64,000 bases of DNA from Arenicellales bacterium (GTDB lineage: Bacteria > Pseudomonadota > Gammaproteobacteria > Arenicellales > Poriferihabitantaceae), in NCBI GenBank assembly GCA_963665165.1, contig OY761989.1, forward strand, positions 2,286,287 through 2,350,286, in the 5' to 3' direction. This document shows positions 48,650 through 57,583 of this stretch, piece after piece. Under the pieces are notes generated by a model, which was not told the DNA's origin, searched no databases, and saw nothing but the letters and a program-made list of their open reading frames with translations. Made by a program: the position numbers and the translations under genes. The first letter of the stretch is position 1; every line of letters starts with the position of its first letter.

Positions 48650-49531
48650 GTGAACGGACGTAAACAGGCGATGACAGCCAGCGTTATGAGAGCAAAGCGG
48701 GAATGGACAAAATGGGCTGTTCAGCCCGCGGTTGTCTTTACGCTCGTCTTTTTCTGCCTGCCGCTTTTGATCATGGTGGCTGTGAGTTTCTGGCAGAGAG
48801 TTTACGGAAAGTTGCAGGCGACCTGGTCAACCGCCAATTACGCCCAGTTTTTCGGGACGGATTACCTGCTTGATTCGCTGCAGAACTCACTGGAGGTCAC
48901 GCTGATTACCACGGTCGCAAGTGTGTTGCTGGCTTATCCCCTTGCCTGTATCCTGGCATACCGGATTCCACCGAAATGGCAAAAGATACTGCTGATCCTG
49001 GTCGTGCTGCCCTTCTGGACGGCTTATGTCGTTCGCTCATACAGTTGGCTGCTCGTGATCTCGGAAAAAGGCATCATCAATGTGGTATTGCTGTCACTCG
49101 GAATCATAGAGGAGCCGCTGGAGCTTGCATATCGACGCGGCGCAACGATTCTCGGTTTTGTCCATTTCTTCACCATGCTGATGACCCTGACCATTTACGC
49201 GAATCTGGTTCAAATCAAATCATCGTATCGAAAGGCGGCTGCAGACCTCGGCGCAAACCGGTTCCAGGTCTTCATACATGTCACCCTGCCACTCAGTATT
49301 CCGGGCGTTGCCGTAGGCGCATTCATTACATTCGTGATCGCAATCGGGGACTACATCACTCCGCAGATCCTGGGAGGCGGTACCGATCTGCTGGTGCCGC
49401 AGGCCATCATGCTACAGGTATCCCGGGCAGCCAACTTTCCGATGGCGGCCGTGATGAGCCTGACCCTGACGGTGGTGGTGATCGTTGTTTATCTGATGGT
49501 CCACAAACACCTGAAAATGGACCGGATATAG
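48650..49531 (+). CDS. ABC permease (PotB-like)
   Basis: LPFWTAYVVR, AAADLGA, VTLPLS.PG, DYITP.ILGG motifs. Confidence 0.92.
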   Translation: MNGRKQAMTASVMRAKREWTKWAVQPAVVFTLVFFCLPLLIMVAVSFWQRVYGKLQATWSTANYAQFFGTDYLLDSLQNSLEVTLITTVASVLLAYPLACILAYRIPPKWQKILLILVVLPFWTAYVVRSYSWLLVISEKGIINVVLLSLGIIEEPLELAYRRGATILGFVHFFTMLMTLTIYANLVQIKSSYRKAAADLGANRFQVFIHVTLPLSIPGVAVGAFITFVIAIGDYITPQILGGGTDLLVPQAIMLQVSRAANFPMAAVMSLTLTVVVIVVYLMVHKHLKMDRI

Positions 49532-49543
49532 GAGAGATCAAGG

Positions 49544-50335
49544 ATGCTGAACCGGATCAGGCGTTTCCCGTCCATCTTTTACCTGCTGCTCGCGCTGCTG
49601 TTCATATACCTTCCGGTATTCGTGCTGGTGATGTTTTCGTTCCAGGACGGATTGCTGCCGGTATTCCCCTTTAATGGACCCAGTTTACAGTGGTATGAAA
49701 AAATGCTGGCCAATGAACGGCTGGTGGAATCGCTGTACAACTCGGTGCTGGTCGCGGTTCTGTCTTCGCTGGTAACCACGATTGCGGGATTTCTGGCGGC
49801 TTACGGACTGGCCCGCCACCGCCACCGCTTCGCAACCGGCATCCAGTTCCTGTTAATGGCGCCGCTCATGGTCTCATACCTGATTATCGGGATCGGATTG
49901 CTGATCACGTTGAATATTTTTGGCATATCGAAATCCCTGCTGGCCGTGGGACTGGGCCATGTAGTGATCAATTTACCGCTTTGTTTTGCAATCGTATATT
50001 CCCAGTTCGGCGATCATCTGAAGAATATTGATTGCGCGGCCCGTGACCTGGGCGCCAGCGACCTGTCCACGATCACCCTGGTCATTGCTCCGATTATGAA
50101 ACCGGCGCTTCTGGCCTCGTTTTGTTTATCGGCGACGCTGTCCTGGGACGAGTTCATCATCGCGTTTTTGTTAAGCCGGTTCGATGTCACGCTGCCGGTC
50201 ATCATCTTTGAAATGCTGCGGGCCGGCTTGACCCCGGAAGTGAATGCGGCGGGCACCATGGTGTTCGCAATCTCAATGGCGCTGGTTGCCGTCTCCGCAG
50301 TGGTCATGCTCTTCAACACCAGGAAAACAGGATAA
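49544..50335 (+). CDS. ABC permease (PotC-like)
   Basis: FIYLP, SLQWY, AARDLGA, LSWDEF, TLPV, PEVNA motifs. Confidence 0.92.
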   Translation: MLNRIRRFPSIFYLLLALLFIYLPVFVLVMFSFQDGLLPVFPFNGPSLQWYEKMLANERLVESLYNSVLVAVLSSLVTTIAGFLAAYGLARHRHRFATGIQFLLMAPLMVSYLIIGIGLLITLNIFGISKSLLAVGLGHVVINLPLCFAIVYSQFGDHLKNIDCAARDLGASDLSTITLVIAPIMKPALLASFCLSATLSWDEFIIAFLLSRFDVTLPVIIFEMLRAGLTPEVNAAGTMVFAISMALVAVSAVVMLFNTRKTG

Positions 50336-51423
50336 TGAAAGACCCGATCCTGGAACTGGATAACATCACCAGGAAATTCGGCAGGTTCACCGCCGTGGAC
50401 AAGGTCAGCCTGAATATGGACCCCGGTGAATTTCTGGTTCTGCTCGGTCCTTCCGGCAGTGGAAAAACGACGATATTGTCCATGATCGGTGGATTTACCA
50501 TGCCGACGACCGGGGTAATCCGTATTCATGGAGAGGACATGACGGCTGTACCACCGGCTGGCCGGCCCACGGCCACCGTGTTTCAGGATTACGCGCTGTT
50601 CCCGCACATGCGCGTTATTGAAAATGTGGCGTTCGGATTGAAAATGCGCAAGTTCGGCAAGCGGGAGAGACATGGAAAAGCCAGGGAATCGCTTGAACTG
50701 GTTGGCCTCGGCGATTTCAGTGACCGGCGTGTGGACCAACTCTCGGGAGGACAGCGTCAACGGGTCGCGTTAGCCAGAGCGATTGCAGTGGAACCGGCTG
50801 TCCTTTTGCTGGACGAGCCGCTGGGAGCGCTGGACCTGAAAATCAGGCAGCAAATGCAGCAGGAACTCGTGCGATTGCAAAAACGCCTGGGAGCGACTTT
50901 TGTCCATGTCACCCACGATCAGGAAGAGGCGATGAGCATTGCGGATAATATCGCCCTGGTCAATAGCGGGAAAATCGAGGATTACGGCCCCCCGGAACGG
51001 GTCTATCTGCGCCCTGCAACCTTGTTTGCAGCCAGATTCATGGGCGAGAACAATACATTCGAGGGACTCGTTACCGCGATGGATGATTCCGGAATTTCAG
51101 TCCATTCCGAAATTGGCGAATGCACTTTACCCCGTTGTGTCTCCACGCACAGTACGGCCCGTACCGGAGAAAAGGTGCACTTGTCCCTGAGGCCCGAACA
51201 GGTCAGGCTGGGAGATGGCAACCAGCGCAATCTGATGGACCTCGGCCAGGCCAGGGTTGAGGAAGTGATTTTCCAGGGTACGCACCGACTGTGCCGGGTC
51301 GTATGTCGGGGTGAGAAAGAAGTACGCATATTGCTTCGTCTTCATCCCGATGAAAAAGTGCAGGTGGGTGACACGATTCCCATCCACGCGAAACGCGATG
51401 ATGCGGTTTTGCTGGTCCGCTAG
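50335..51423 (+). CDS. ABC ATPase (PotA-like)
   Basis: GPSGSGKT, FQDYALFPH, LSGGQRQR, LLDEP, VTHDQEEA motifs; C-terminal TOBE domain. Confidence 0.93.
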   Translation: MKDPILELDNITRKFGRFTAVDKVSLNMDPGEFLVLLGPSGSGKTTILSMIGGFTMPTTGVIRIHGEDMTAVPPAGRPTATVFQDYALFPHMRVIENVAFGLKMRKFGKRERHGKARESLELVGLGDFSDRRVDQLSGGQRQRVALARAIAVEPAVLLLDEPLGALDLKIRQQMQQELVRLQKRLGATFVHVTHDQEEAMSIADNIALVNSGKIEDYGPPERVYLRPATLFAARFMGENNTFEGLVTAMDDSGISVHSEIGECTLPRCVSTHSTARTGEKVHLSLRPEQVRLGDGNQRNLMDLGQARVEEVIFQGTHRLCRVVCRGEKEVRILLRLHPDEKVQVGDTIPIHAKRDDAVLLVR

Positions 51424-51443
51424 CTTCCGTTGGTCCATTGTCC

Positions 51444-52070
51444 ATGACTGGAAAATCGCTCAGAAAGCCAGGGCCCAAGGGACAGAAGCGGGCGGACCAT
51501 CTGATGGAAGTGGCTATCGACCTGTTTTCCGAAAGAGGATACAGCGCGGTAACAATACAGGATATTACGGAAAGGGCGGGGGTTGCGCACTCGCTGGTCT
51601 ATTACCATTTCAAAAACAAGGAGGAGCTGTTCAACAAAGCGGTGAACAATCTGATCGACAAGCAGATTCGACAGTACCAGGCCAGTCTTCAACAGCATAC
51701 GGACCCGATTGAACTGATCGAAAAATGGATCCAGTACAACATCGACCACTCGACCGTCCTCATGAAGCTCGTGCGTATCATGTTCGACCGCTCCATCTCC
51801 CGGGACGCTACGCCATTCGCCCGGGACGCCATCCGGCATTTTTATGACGAGGAGCACAATATCCTGTCCAGAAATGTAGCCCGGGGAGTCAGGCAGAAAC
51901 AGTTCAGGCAAGTGGATCCGGACAGCATGGCCTCGTTCATATCCACGCATATCGACGGTGTGTTTTACGGGGCCTGCACACAGGAGGATTTCGACATCAG
52001 AAATGAAATGGAACGCATGAGAAACACCCTCTGGAAAATTCTGTACGACCACAAGGAAACCATCGCCTGA
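51444..52070 (+). CDS. TetR/AcrR family transcriptional regulator
   Basis: AIDLFSERGYSAVTIQDITERAGVAHSLVYYHFKNKEELF HTH. Confidence 0.93.
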   Translation: MTGKSLRKPGPKGQKRADHLMEVAIDLFSERGYSAVTIQDITERAGVAHSLVYYHFKNKEELFNKAVNNLIDKQIRQYQASLQQHTDPIELIEKWIQYNIDHSTVLMKLVRIMFDRSISRDATPFARDAIRHFYDEEHNILSRNVARGVRQKQFRQVDPDSMASFISTHIDGVFYGACTQEDFDIRNEMERMRNTLWKILYDHKETIA

Positions 52071-52202
52071 CCCGGGTCGGCGACAAAATGAAATGGCCGA
52101 TACCGGAGGTTCCACTTGCGACTGCCCTGTACTGACTGCTAGACTTTGGGAAAAGCAGTTCCTTCCTGTATCCCCAAGACTCCCTGACACGACCCGATTG
52201 CG

Positions 52203-52628
52203 ATGAAAACGACCAACAAACTGACCCTGGAAGATGCCAATCTCATTATCGAGGCATGCCGTAAAAAAGCGCTGGAAATTGGCGTGGACATGGATATAGC
52301 CGTCACCGACGATGGCGGTCATCTGGTCGCGTTTCAGCGCATGGACAATGCCCGGGTAACCAGCATCGAAATCTCGATCAGCAAATCATTCACCGCATCG
52401 GCGGCCCGGAAGTCCACGCGGGATTACGGCAAGGTCAGTGGTCCGGGACAACCCGCCTTCGGAATCAACACCAGCCACCAGGGGCGTTTCATGATCGTCG
52501 CGGGCGGTCTGCCGATTTTCGCGGGAGACGACATCGTAGGCGGAGTCGGATGCAGTTCAGGCACCCCCGACCAGGATGAAATCGTAGCCCAGGCCGGCGT
52601 CGATCGCTTCCTCGAATCAATCGGATAA
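52203..52628 (+). CDS. GlcG/HbpS-family heme-binding protein
   Basis: IAVTDDGG, RMDNA, KSFTA, GGLPI...IVGGVG.S and DQD motifs. Confidence 0.88.
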   Translation: MKTTNKLTLEDANLIIEACRKKALEIGVDMDIAVTDDGGHLVAFQRMDNARVTSIEISISKSFTASAARKSTRDYGKVSGPGQPAFGINTSHQGRFMIVAGGLPIFAGDDIVGGVGCSSGTPDQDEIVAQAGVDRFLESIG

Positions 52629-52742
52629 ATCGCGGCAGTTCCCCCACCGGCTTTTCGGCGGGCAGGCACAGTGACCTGCCTCTACGGGGATGGTTGCAGT
52701 CAGGCGAAACTTGTCCCTGCGGTGACAGGTTGCAATCAGCCG

Positions 52743-53295
52743 ATGTCGAACCCGGAATTCTATCCCCGATCCATTGCGCCCCTGCTTGTCGAAGCGCTTG
52801 AAGATTCGCCGGTCGTACTGATTCACGGCCCGCGCCAGTGCGGCAAAACCACGCTCGCCCAGATCACTTGTGCGCCGGACACTCTGTCCTGGCCCGGCAA
52901 CTCGCTTGTCCGGGAATACTCCCTGAAAAACCGGGATTACACCTATTTCAGCTTTGACGATCCAGTCACGAGAGACGGCGCCCGAACCGACCCGATGGGT
53001 TTTGTCACAGCGCTGCCCAAGCGCGTCATACTGGATGAAGTCCAACGTGTTCCGGAATTGTTCGAAACCATCAAGATAGCCGTGGATCGCCGGCGTCGAA
53101 GTCAAGGCATCGGCAACGGTGAAGCCATCTGACTTTCGTGGACTTCGTAAACTCGAAAAGGCGGCCGGAGACCGCTTCGCCCGGGGTGTAGTGCTTTATG
53201 ATGGGGAAACCGGCGTGCCCTTTGGTGAGCGCCTCCATGCTGTGCCGATTTCCCGGTTATGGAGCAGGACGGGGGCTGAACAGCCATTCGAGTGA
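52743..53295 (+). pseudogene. Internally deleted AAA_14/DUF4143 ATP-binding protein
   Basis: N-terminal GPRQCGKTT and ILDEVQRVP are joined out of frame at about 53085-53096 to the C-terminal IAGVEVKASATV...DFRGL...GVVLYDG...AVPISRLW; the middle is missing. Confidence 0.82.
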
Positions 53296-54960
53296 ACTGA
53301 AAACGCGGTTGCCCAGTGTTCCGGCCAGGTCGAGCGCTATGGATTCGCTGAAAAAACCATCCATGTCCAGAGCGGTGCTGATCGCCTTCAATTCGATCTG
53401 ACCGGCGCGCTCGATCCGGCTTGCAACCTGTTTCAGGTGCCGTTCGAGGTAGAATGGATCATTATGATTGCGGGTCGCGCTTTCCATGGGCGCGCCGTCC
53501 GAGATCATAACCAGGCACTTCCTGCCTTCAACCCGGCTCAGCAGGCGGCGCTCTGCCCATTGCAGCGCCTCGCCGTCCAGCCCCTCCTTGAAGTGGATCG
53601 GATTCATCAGCGATGAGATCGAATAGCGGGAACGCCGCCAACTGGTTTCGGCATCCTTGTAAACAATATGCAAACGGTCATTGAGGCGGCCCGGATAGCC
53701 AGGAGACCCTGATTTGCGCCATTCCCGGACCGACTCGCCCCCGGCCCAGCCGGCGGTGGTGAATCCCAGTATTTCCGTGGACACGCCGGCAAGCTCCAGC
53801 GCCCGGCAGTAGATGTCCACCAGAATGGCGACCGCCTGAAACCGCTGGCGTTTCATGGACCCGGAGTTGTCAATCAGGAAACCGATCACGGTATCGCAGT
53901 GCGGCGCCTGTTTTTCCTGCTTGAAAACCCGGTAATAACCGGGCTTGGATACCAGTTGACCGAGTCTGCGGCCATCCAGATAGCCTTCTTCTTCCCCATC
54001 CTGCCATCCCGACCGGCGCGGGATCGCAAACAGGCGCTGCAACCGCAGGGCCAGTCTCGATATATTGACCGTCTGGGCCTGGATCATGCGATCCAGTTCT
54101 GCCCGCAGTTTGCGCCTCTGTTCGATACGATAGAGGTCCTTCGCGGCCACCAGTCTGTCAAAATCCGTGCAAAAAACATGGTATTGGTCCTCCTGGTCCG
54201 CTCCCTCTTCCATTCGCCCGCCCTCGCCGATCCCGGATTCCACATAGCGGTCATCGACTTCATCGACCGGCGGCAGCAGGGTCCGGTCCCTGAGCGCCGC
54301 CAGATGCCTGTCGATCCTGTCGCCGCCAACAGACAACGCGATTTCCTGGATCGCCTGTGCGATGTTCAGTGCATGGCGCGCATATTCCCGCTGATCGTCA
54401 ATCCTTTTTTTCAGCATCGCCAGATCATCGCCGATGACCGGCGCGAGCCTGAATCGCACCGACTCGATCAGCCCTTCGACCTCTCCATCCTGGACCCGGT
54501 TGGCCAGTCGGGAACGGACGATCCAGGCCAGGCTGTAAATCAGTAGCCCCAGTTCGTTTTCGACCAGTCCGTTCCCCCGGCTTTGGCGGCACCATTGATC
54601 GAACGCTTCATCCACATTTCGCTGGATGCCGACCAGGGTTTGCTGAAGACGCGCTTCGCACCTCAACTGCTCCAGAATATCGAATGCGAGCCTGGCGACC
54701 GGGTACGGCGGCGACAATGACCGGTGCAGGGAAAGGTCGCTGTGAATCAGTCGAAGCGCAATGCAATCGGCCACTCCGCGATTGCGGGAGAACGAGTCCT
54801 TGAGCGCATCGGCCAGCAGATGGGGCACATGGAGCGACCGGGTACGGCCTTTCAGGAAAAGGGTCTGTCTCTTGTATTCCGCTTCGGGATTTGCCGACAA
54901 CGCCCGGATGGCGGCGGCGCAATGACGCTCAATCAATCGACGCCGCACTTCTTCTGCCAT
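53257..54960 (-). CDS. CobT-like VWA protein (cobaltochelatase CobT family)
   Basis: RGVAD..AL, EQLRCE, EEGYLDGRRL, LIDNSGSM, EILGFTT, PGRLND and ISDGAP motifs. Confidence 0.85.
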   Translation of the reverse strand: MAEEVRRRLIERHCAAAIRALSANPEAEYKRQTLFLKGRTRSLHVPHLLADALKDSFSRNRGVADCIALRLIHSDLSLHRSLSPPYPVARLAFDILEQLRCEARLQQTLVGIQRNVDEAFDQWCRQSRGNGLVENELGLLIYSLAWIVRSRLANRVQDGEVEGLIESVRFRLAPVIGDDLAMLKKRIDDQREYARHALNIAQAIQEIALSVGGDRIDRHLAALRDRTLLPPVDEVDDRYVESGIGEGGRMEEGADQEDQYHVFCTDFDRLVAAKDLYRIEQRRKLRAELDRMIQAQTVNISRLALRLQRLFAIPRRSGWQDGEEEGYLDGRRLGQLVSKPGYYRVFKQEKQAPHCDTVIGFLIDNSGSMKRQRFQAVAILVDIYCRALELAGVSTEILGFTTAGWAGGESVREWRKSGSPGYPGRLNDRLHIVYKDAETSWRRSRYSISSLMNPIHFKEGLDGEALQWAERRLLSRVEGRKCLVMISDGAPMESATRNHNDPFYLERHLKQVASRIERAGQIELKAISTALDMDGFFSESIALDLAGTLGNRVFSSLEWLFSPRPAP

Positions 54961-54981
54961 GACGGATTTATGGGCCGGGCG

Positions 54982-55962
54982 CTATTTTGGATATTCAGAT
55001 TGCGTGATCGCGTATTCCAGGTCTTCCCCGAAAGCGCGCTGGTAGTATTCCGCGATAATCGAATACTCGGCCTGATCGCATTTGTTCAGGAATGACAGGA
55101 GGAACGCCTTGCCGATATCGTCGAATATTTCGATGTTTTCCGCCCAGGTAATCACGGTTCTCGGGGACATTACAGTGGAAATATCTCCGGCGGAAAAGCC
55201 GTTTCGGGTCAGGCCCGCCAACCCGACCATCGCTCTCACGGTCTCGATACGGTCGGAAAAAGTCGGCGCCTGGGCCAGTACGATGTCCACTTCCTCCTGC
55301 ACGGAAAGATAATTCAGGGTGGTCACGATATTCCACCGGTCTATCTGCGCCTGATTCAATACCTGGGTACCGTGATACAGCCCGTTCAGATTGCCGAGTC
55401 CGACCGTATTGGAGGTGGCGAACAATCTGAACCCCTGGTGGGGGTTGATCACCCGGTTCTGGTCCAGCAATGTAAATTTTCCGTCACGCTCCAGAATACG
55501 GTGAATCACAAACATCACATCCGGGCGGCCCGCGTCAAACTCGTCGAAAACCAGAGCCACCGGACGTTGCAGGGACCAGGGGACGATCCCCTCCTGAAAC
55601 TCGGTAACCTGTTTGCCCTGCCTGATCACGATCGCGTCCCGGCCGACCAGGTCCAGGCGGCTGATATGCCCATCCAGATTAACCCGGACACAGGGCCAGT
55701 TCAGCCGGGCGGCAACCTGTTCGATGTGGGTCGACTTGCCGGTTCCGTGGTAACCTTGCACCAGTACCCGGCGATTTTTCGCGAATCCGGCCAACAGCGC
55801 CAGCGTAACGTCGTGATTGAAACAATAGCTGGAATCGATTTCAGGCACATGTTCATCGCGCTGGCTGAAACCGGGGACTTCAAGATCGGTATCCAGTCCA
55901 AACGCGGCTCTTGCAGAAATCATGCAATCCGGGGTTTGCTCAAGGTAATTCGGTTCTGACAT
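54982..55962 (-). CDS. CobS-like MoxR AAA+ ATPase
   Basis: GYHGTGKSTHIEQVAARLNWP, FDEFDAGRPDV, YHGTQ, MSPRTVITWA motifs. Confidence 0.9.
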   Translation of the reverse strand: MSEPNYLEQTPDCMISARAAFGLDTDLEVPGFSQRDEHVPEIDSSYCFNHDVTLALLAGFAKNRRVLVQGYHGTGKSTHIEQVAARLNWPCVRVNLDGHISRLDLVGRDAIVIRQGKQVTEFQEGIVPWSLQRPVALVFDEFDAGRPDVMFVIHRILERDGKFTLLDQNRVINPHQGFRLFATSNTVGLGNLNGLYHGTQVLNQAQIDRWNIVTTLNYLSVQEEVDIVLAQAPTFSDRIETVRAMVGLAGLTRNGFSAGDISTVMSPRTVITWAENIEIFDDIGKAFLLSFLNKCDQAEYSIIAEYYQRAFGEDLEYAITQSEYPK

Positions 55963-56116
55963 GAAAGCCGGTATCTCCTGACTGTGTTTTCTGGAATTTT
56001 TCGGACCTCAAGATTCTAACGACTTTTATAAAGTTCATGCAGATTAAATGCGCGTTATAATTCACCAACCGCAATTTCATGGCGATCCACTCCGGTTTTC
56101 CTGACTTTTACGACCC

Positions 56117-57100
56117 ATGCCTGACCATCGTCCGATAACCGGTGTCCTGATCAACAACCTCGGTACGCCGGCATCCCCGCGGACAGGCGATGTGCGGGCA
56201 TTCCTGAAACAATTCCTGAGCGATCCCAGGGTGGTCCGGTTGCCCCGGCCAGTATGGTGGTTCATACTGAATGTCATCCTGTTGAATACCCGCCCGAAGC
56301 GTTCCGCCGAGGCTTATCGGGAAATCTGGACCGATCAGGGCTCACCGCTGCTGGTCACCAGTCAAAGCCAGGTCGAACGGCTTCAATCCTGGGCGCAATC
56401 CGGTTTCCCGGATGTCAGGATAGAACTCGGAATGCGCTATGGCGCGCCGTCGATCGAACAAGGCTTGAACAGACTGCGTCAGGCCGGCGCCGCACGATAC
56501 CTGATCATACCGATGTACCCGCAATATTCCACAACCACCACCGCCTCGACAAAAGACGAGGCGCTGAGGGTATTCGAATCCTGGCAATCCATGCCGGAGT
56601 TCCGGTTTGTCTGCCACTATTTCGATGAACCGGAATACATCGGGGCATTAAGCCGGTCTGTCGAGGAATACTGGATAAAGAATGGACAGTCGGGCAAGCT
56701 GCTGATGTCCTTTCATGGCATACCGGAGCAGTATTCACGGCAGGGCGACCCGTACAAGGGGCACTGCGAATCCACCGCGAGACTGCTGGCTTCAAGCCTG
56801 CAACTGGGTCCGGACCAGTGGCAACTTTCCTTTCAATCCAGGCTGGGCCCGAAAAAATGGCTGGAACCCTATACGGACCACACTCTGCGGGAATTGGCCG
56901 GACAGGGTATCGAATCAGTCGATGTGATTTGCCCCGGATTCAGTGTGGATTGCCTGGAGACGCTGGAGGAAATCGCGATCAGGAATAAACAACTGTTTCT
57001 CGATTCAGGGGGCAGGACCTATAATTACATCCCGTGCCTGAATGACGGCCCGCAGCATATTGAAATGATTGGCCGCCTGATCGAAAATCATAGTCAATGA
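56117..57100 (+). CDS. hemH: Ferrochelatase
   Basis: NLGTP, FLSDPRVV, GSPL, MRYG, PMYPQYS, SFHGIP, FQSR, WLEP, DCLETLEE motifs. Confidence 0.95.
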   Translation: MPDHRPITGVLINNLGTPASPRTGDVRAFLKQFLSDPRVVRLPRPVWWFILNVILLNTRPKRSAEAYREIWTDQGSPLLVTSQSQVERLQSWAQSGFPDVRIELGMRYGAPSIEQGLNRLRQAGAARYLIIPMYPQYSTTTTASTKDEALRVFESWQSMPEFRFVCHYFDEPEYIGALSRSVEEYWIKNGQSGKLLMSFHGIPEQYSRQGDPYKGHCESTARLLASSLQLGPDQWQLSFQSRLGPKKWLEPYTDHTLRELAGQGIESVDVICPGFSVDCLETLEEIAIRNKQLFLDSGGRTYNYIPCLNDGPQHIEMIGRLIENHSQ

Positions 57101-57459
57101 ACGCACTGTTAATCATCGCCCACGGCAGCAGAAATACCGAATCGATCCGGGAAATCCAGGATTTGACCGGCCGTTTGAAAGATGCGGTGGATGATTTTGA
57201 TCGGGTTGAATGCGCCTTCCTTGAAATGGCGGAACCGGATATCTCCGCCGGTTTGTCCGGACTGATCGAAAAGGGTGCAAAGGAAATCGTGATACTCCCC
57301 TACTTCCTGGCCAAAGGCAATCATGTCATCCGGGATGTGCCCGGTGAAATCTCCAGCGTGCAGCGCCGGTATCCCGATATTGAAATCCGGCTGCTTCCTC
57401 ACATCGGAAAGTCGACCGGCATGGAAAACCTGATAATTGATCATGTCAGGAACCGGTGA
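57097..57459 (+). CDS. Short CbiX/SirB-type chelatase
   Basis: IAHGSR, AFLEMAEP, PYFLAKGNHV.RD.P motifs; 120 aa. Confidence 0.88.
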   Translation: MNALLIIAHGSRNTESIREIQDLTGRLKDAVDDFDRVECAFLEMAEPDISAGLSGLIEKGAKEIVILPYFLAKGNHVIRDVPGEISSVQRRYPDIEIRLLPHIGKSTGMENLIIDHVRNR

Positions 57460-57583
57460 TCAATCCCGAAGAGAAACGCCGATACGCCATCCAATGCAAA
57501 TCCAGTGCGCCTGTTGTCTTGCATTGGAGAAAACGCTCCACTATAGTTTCCGTGCCATAACTCCTTAAGTCCCGTCCGTACCC

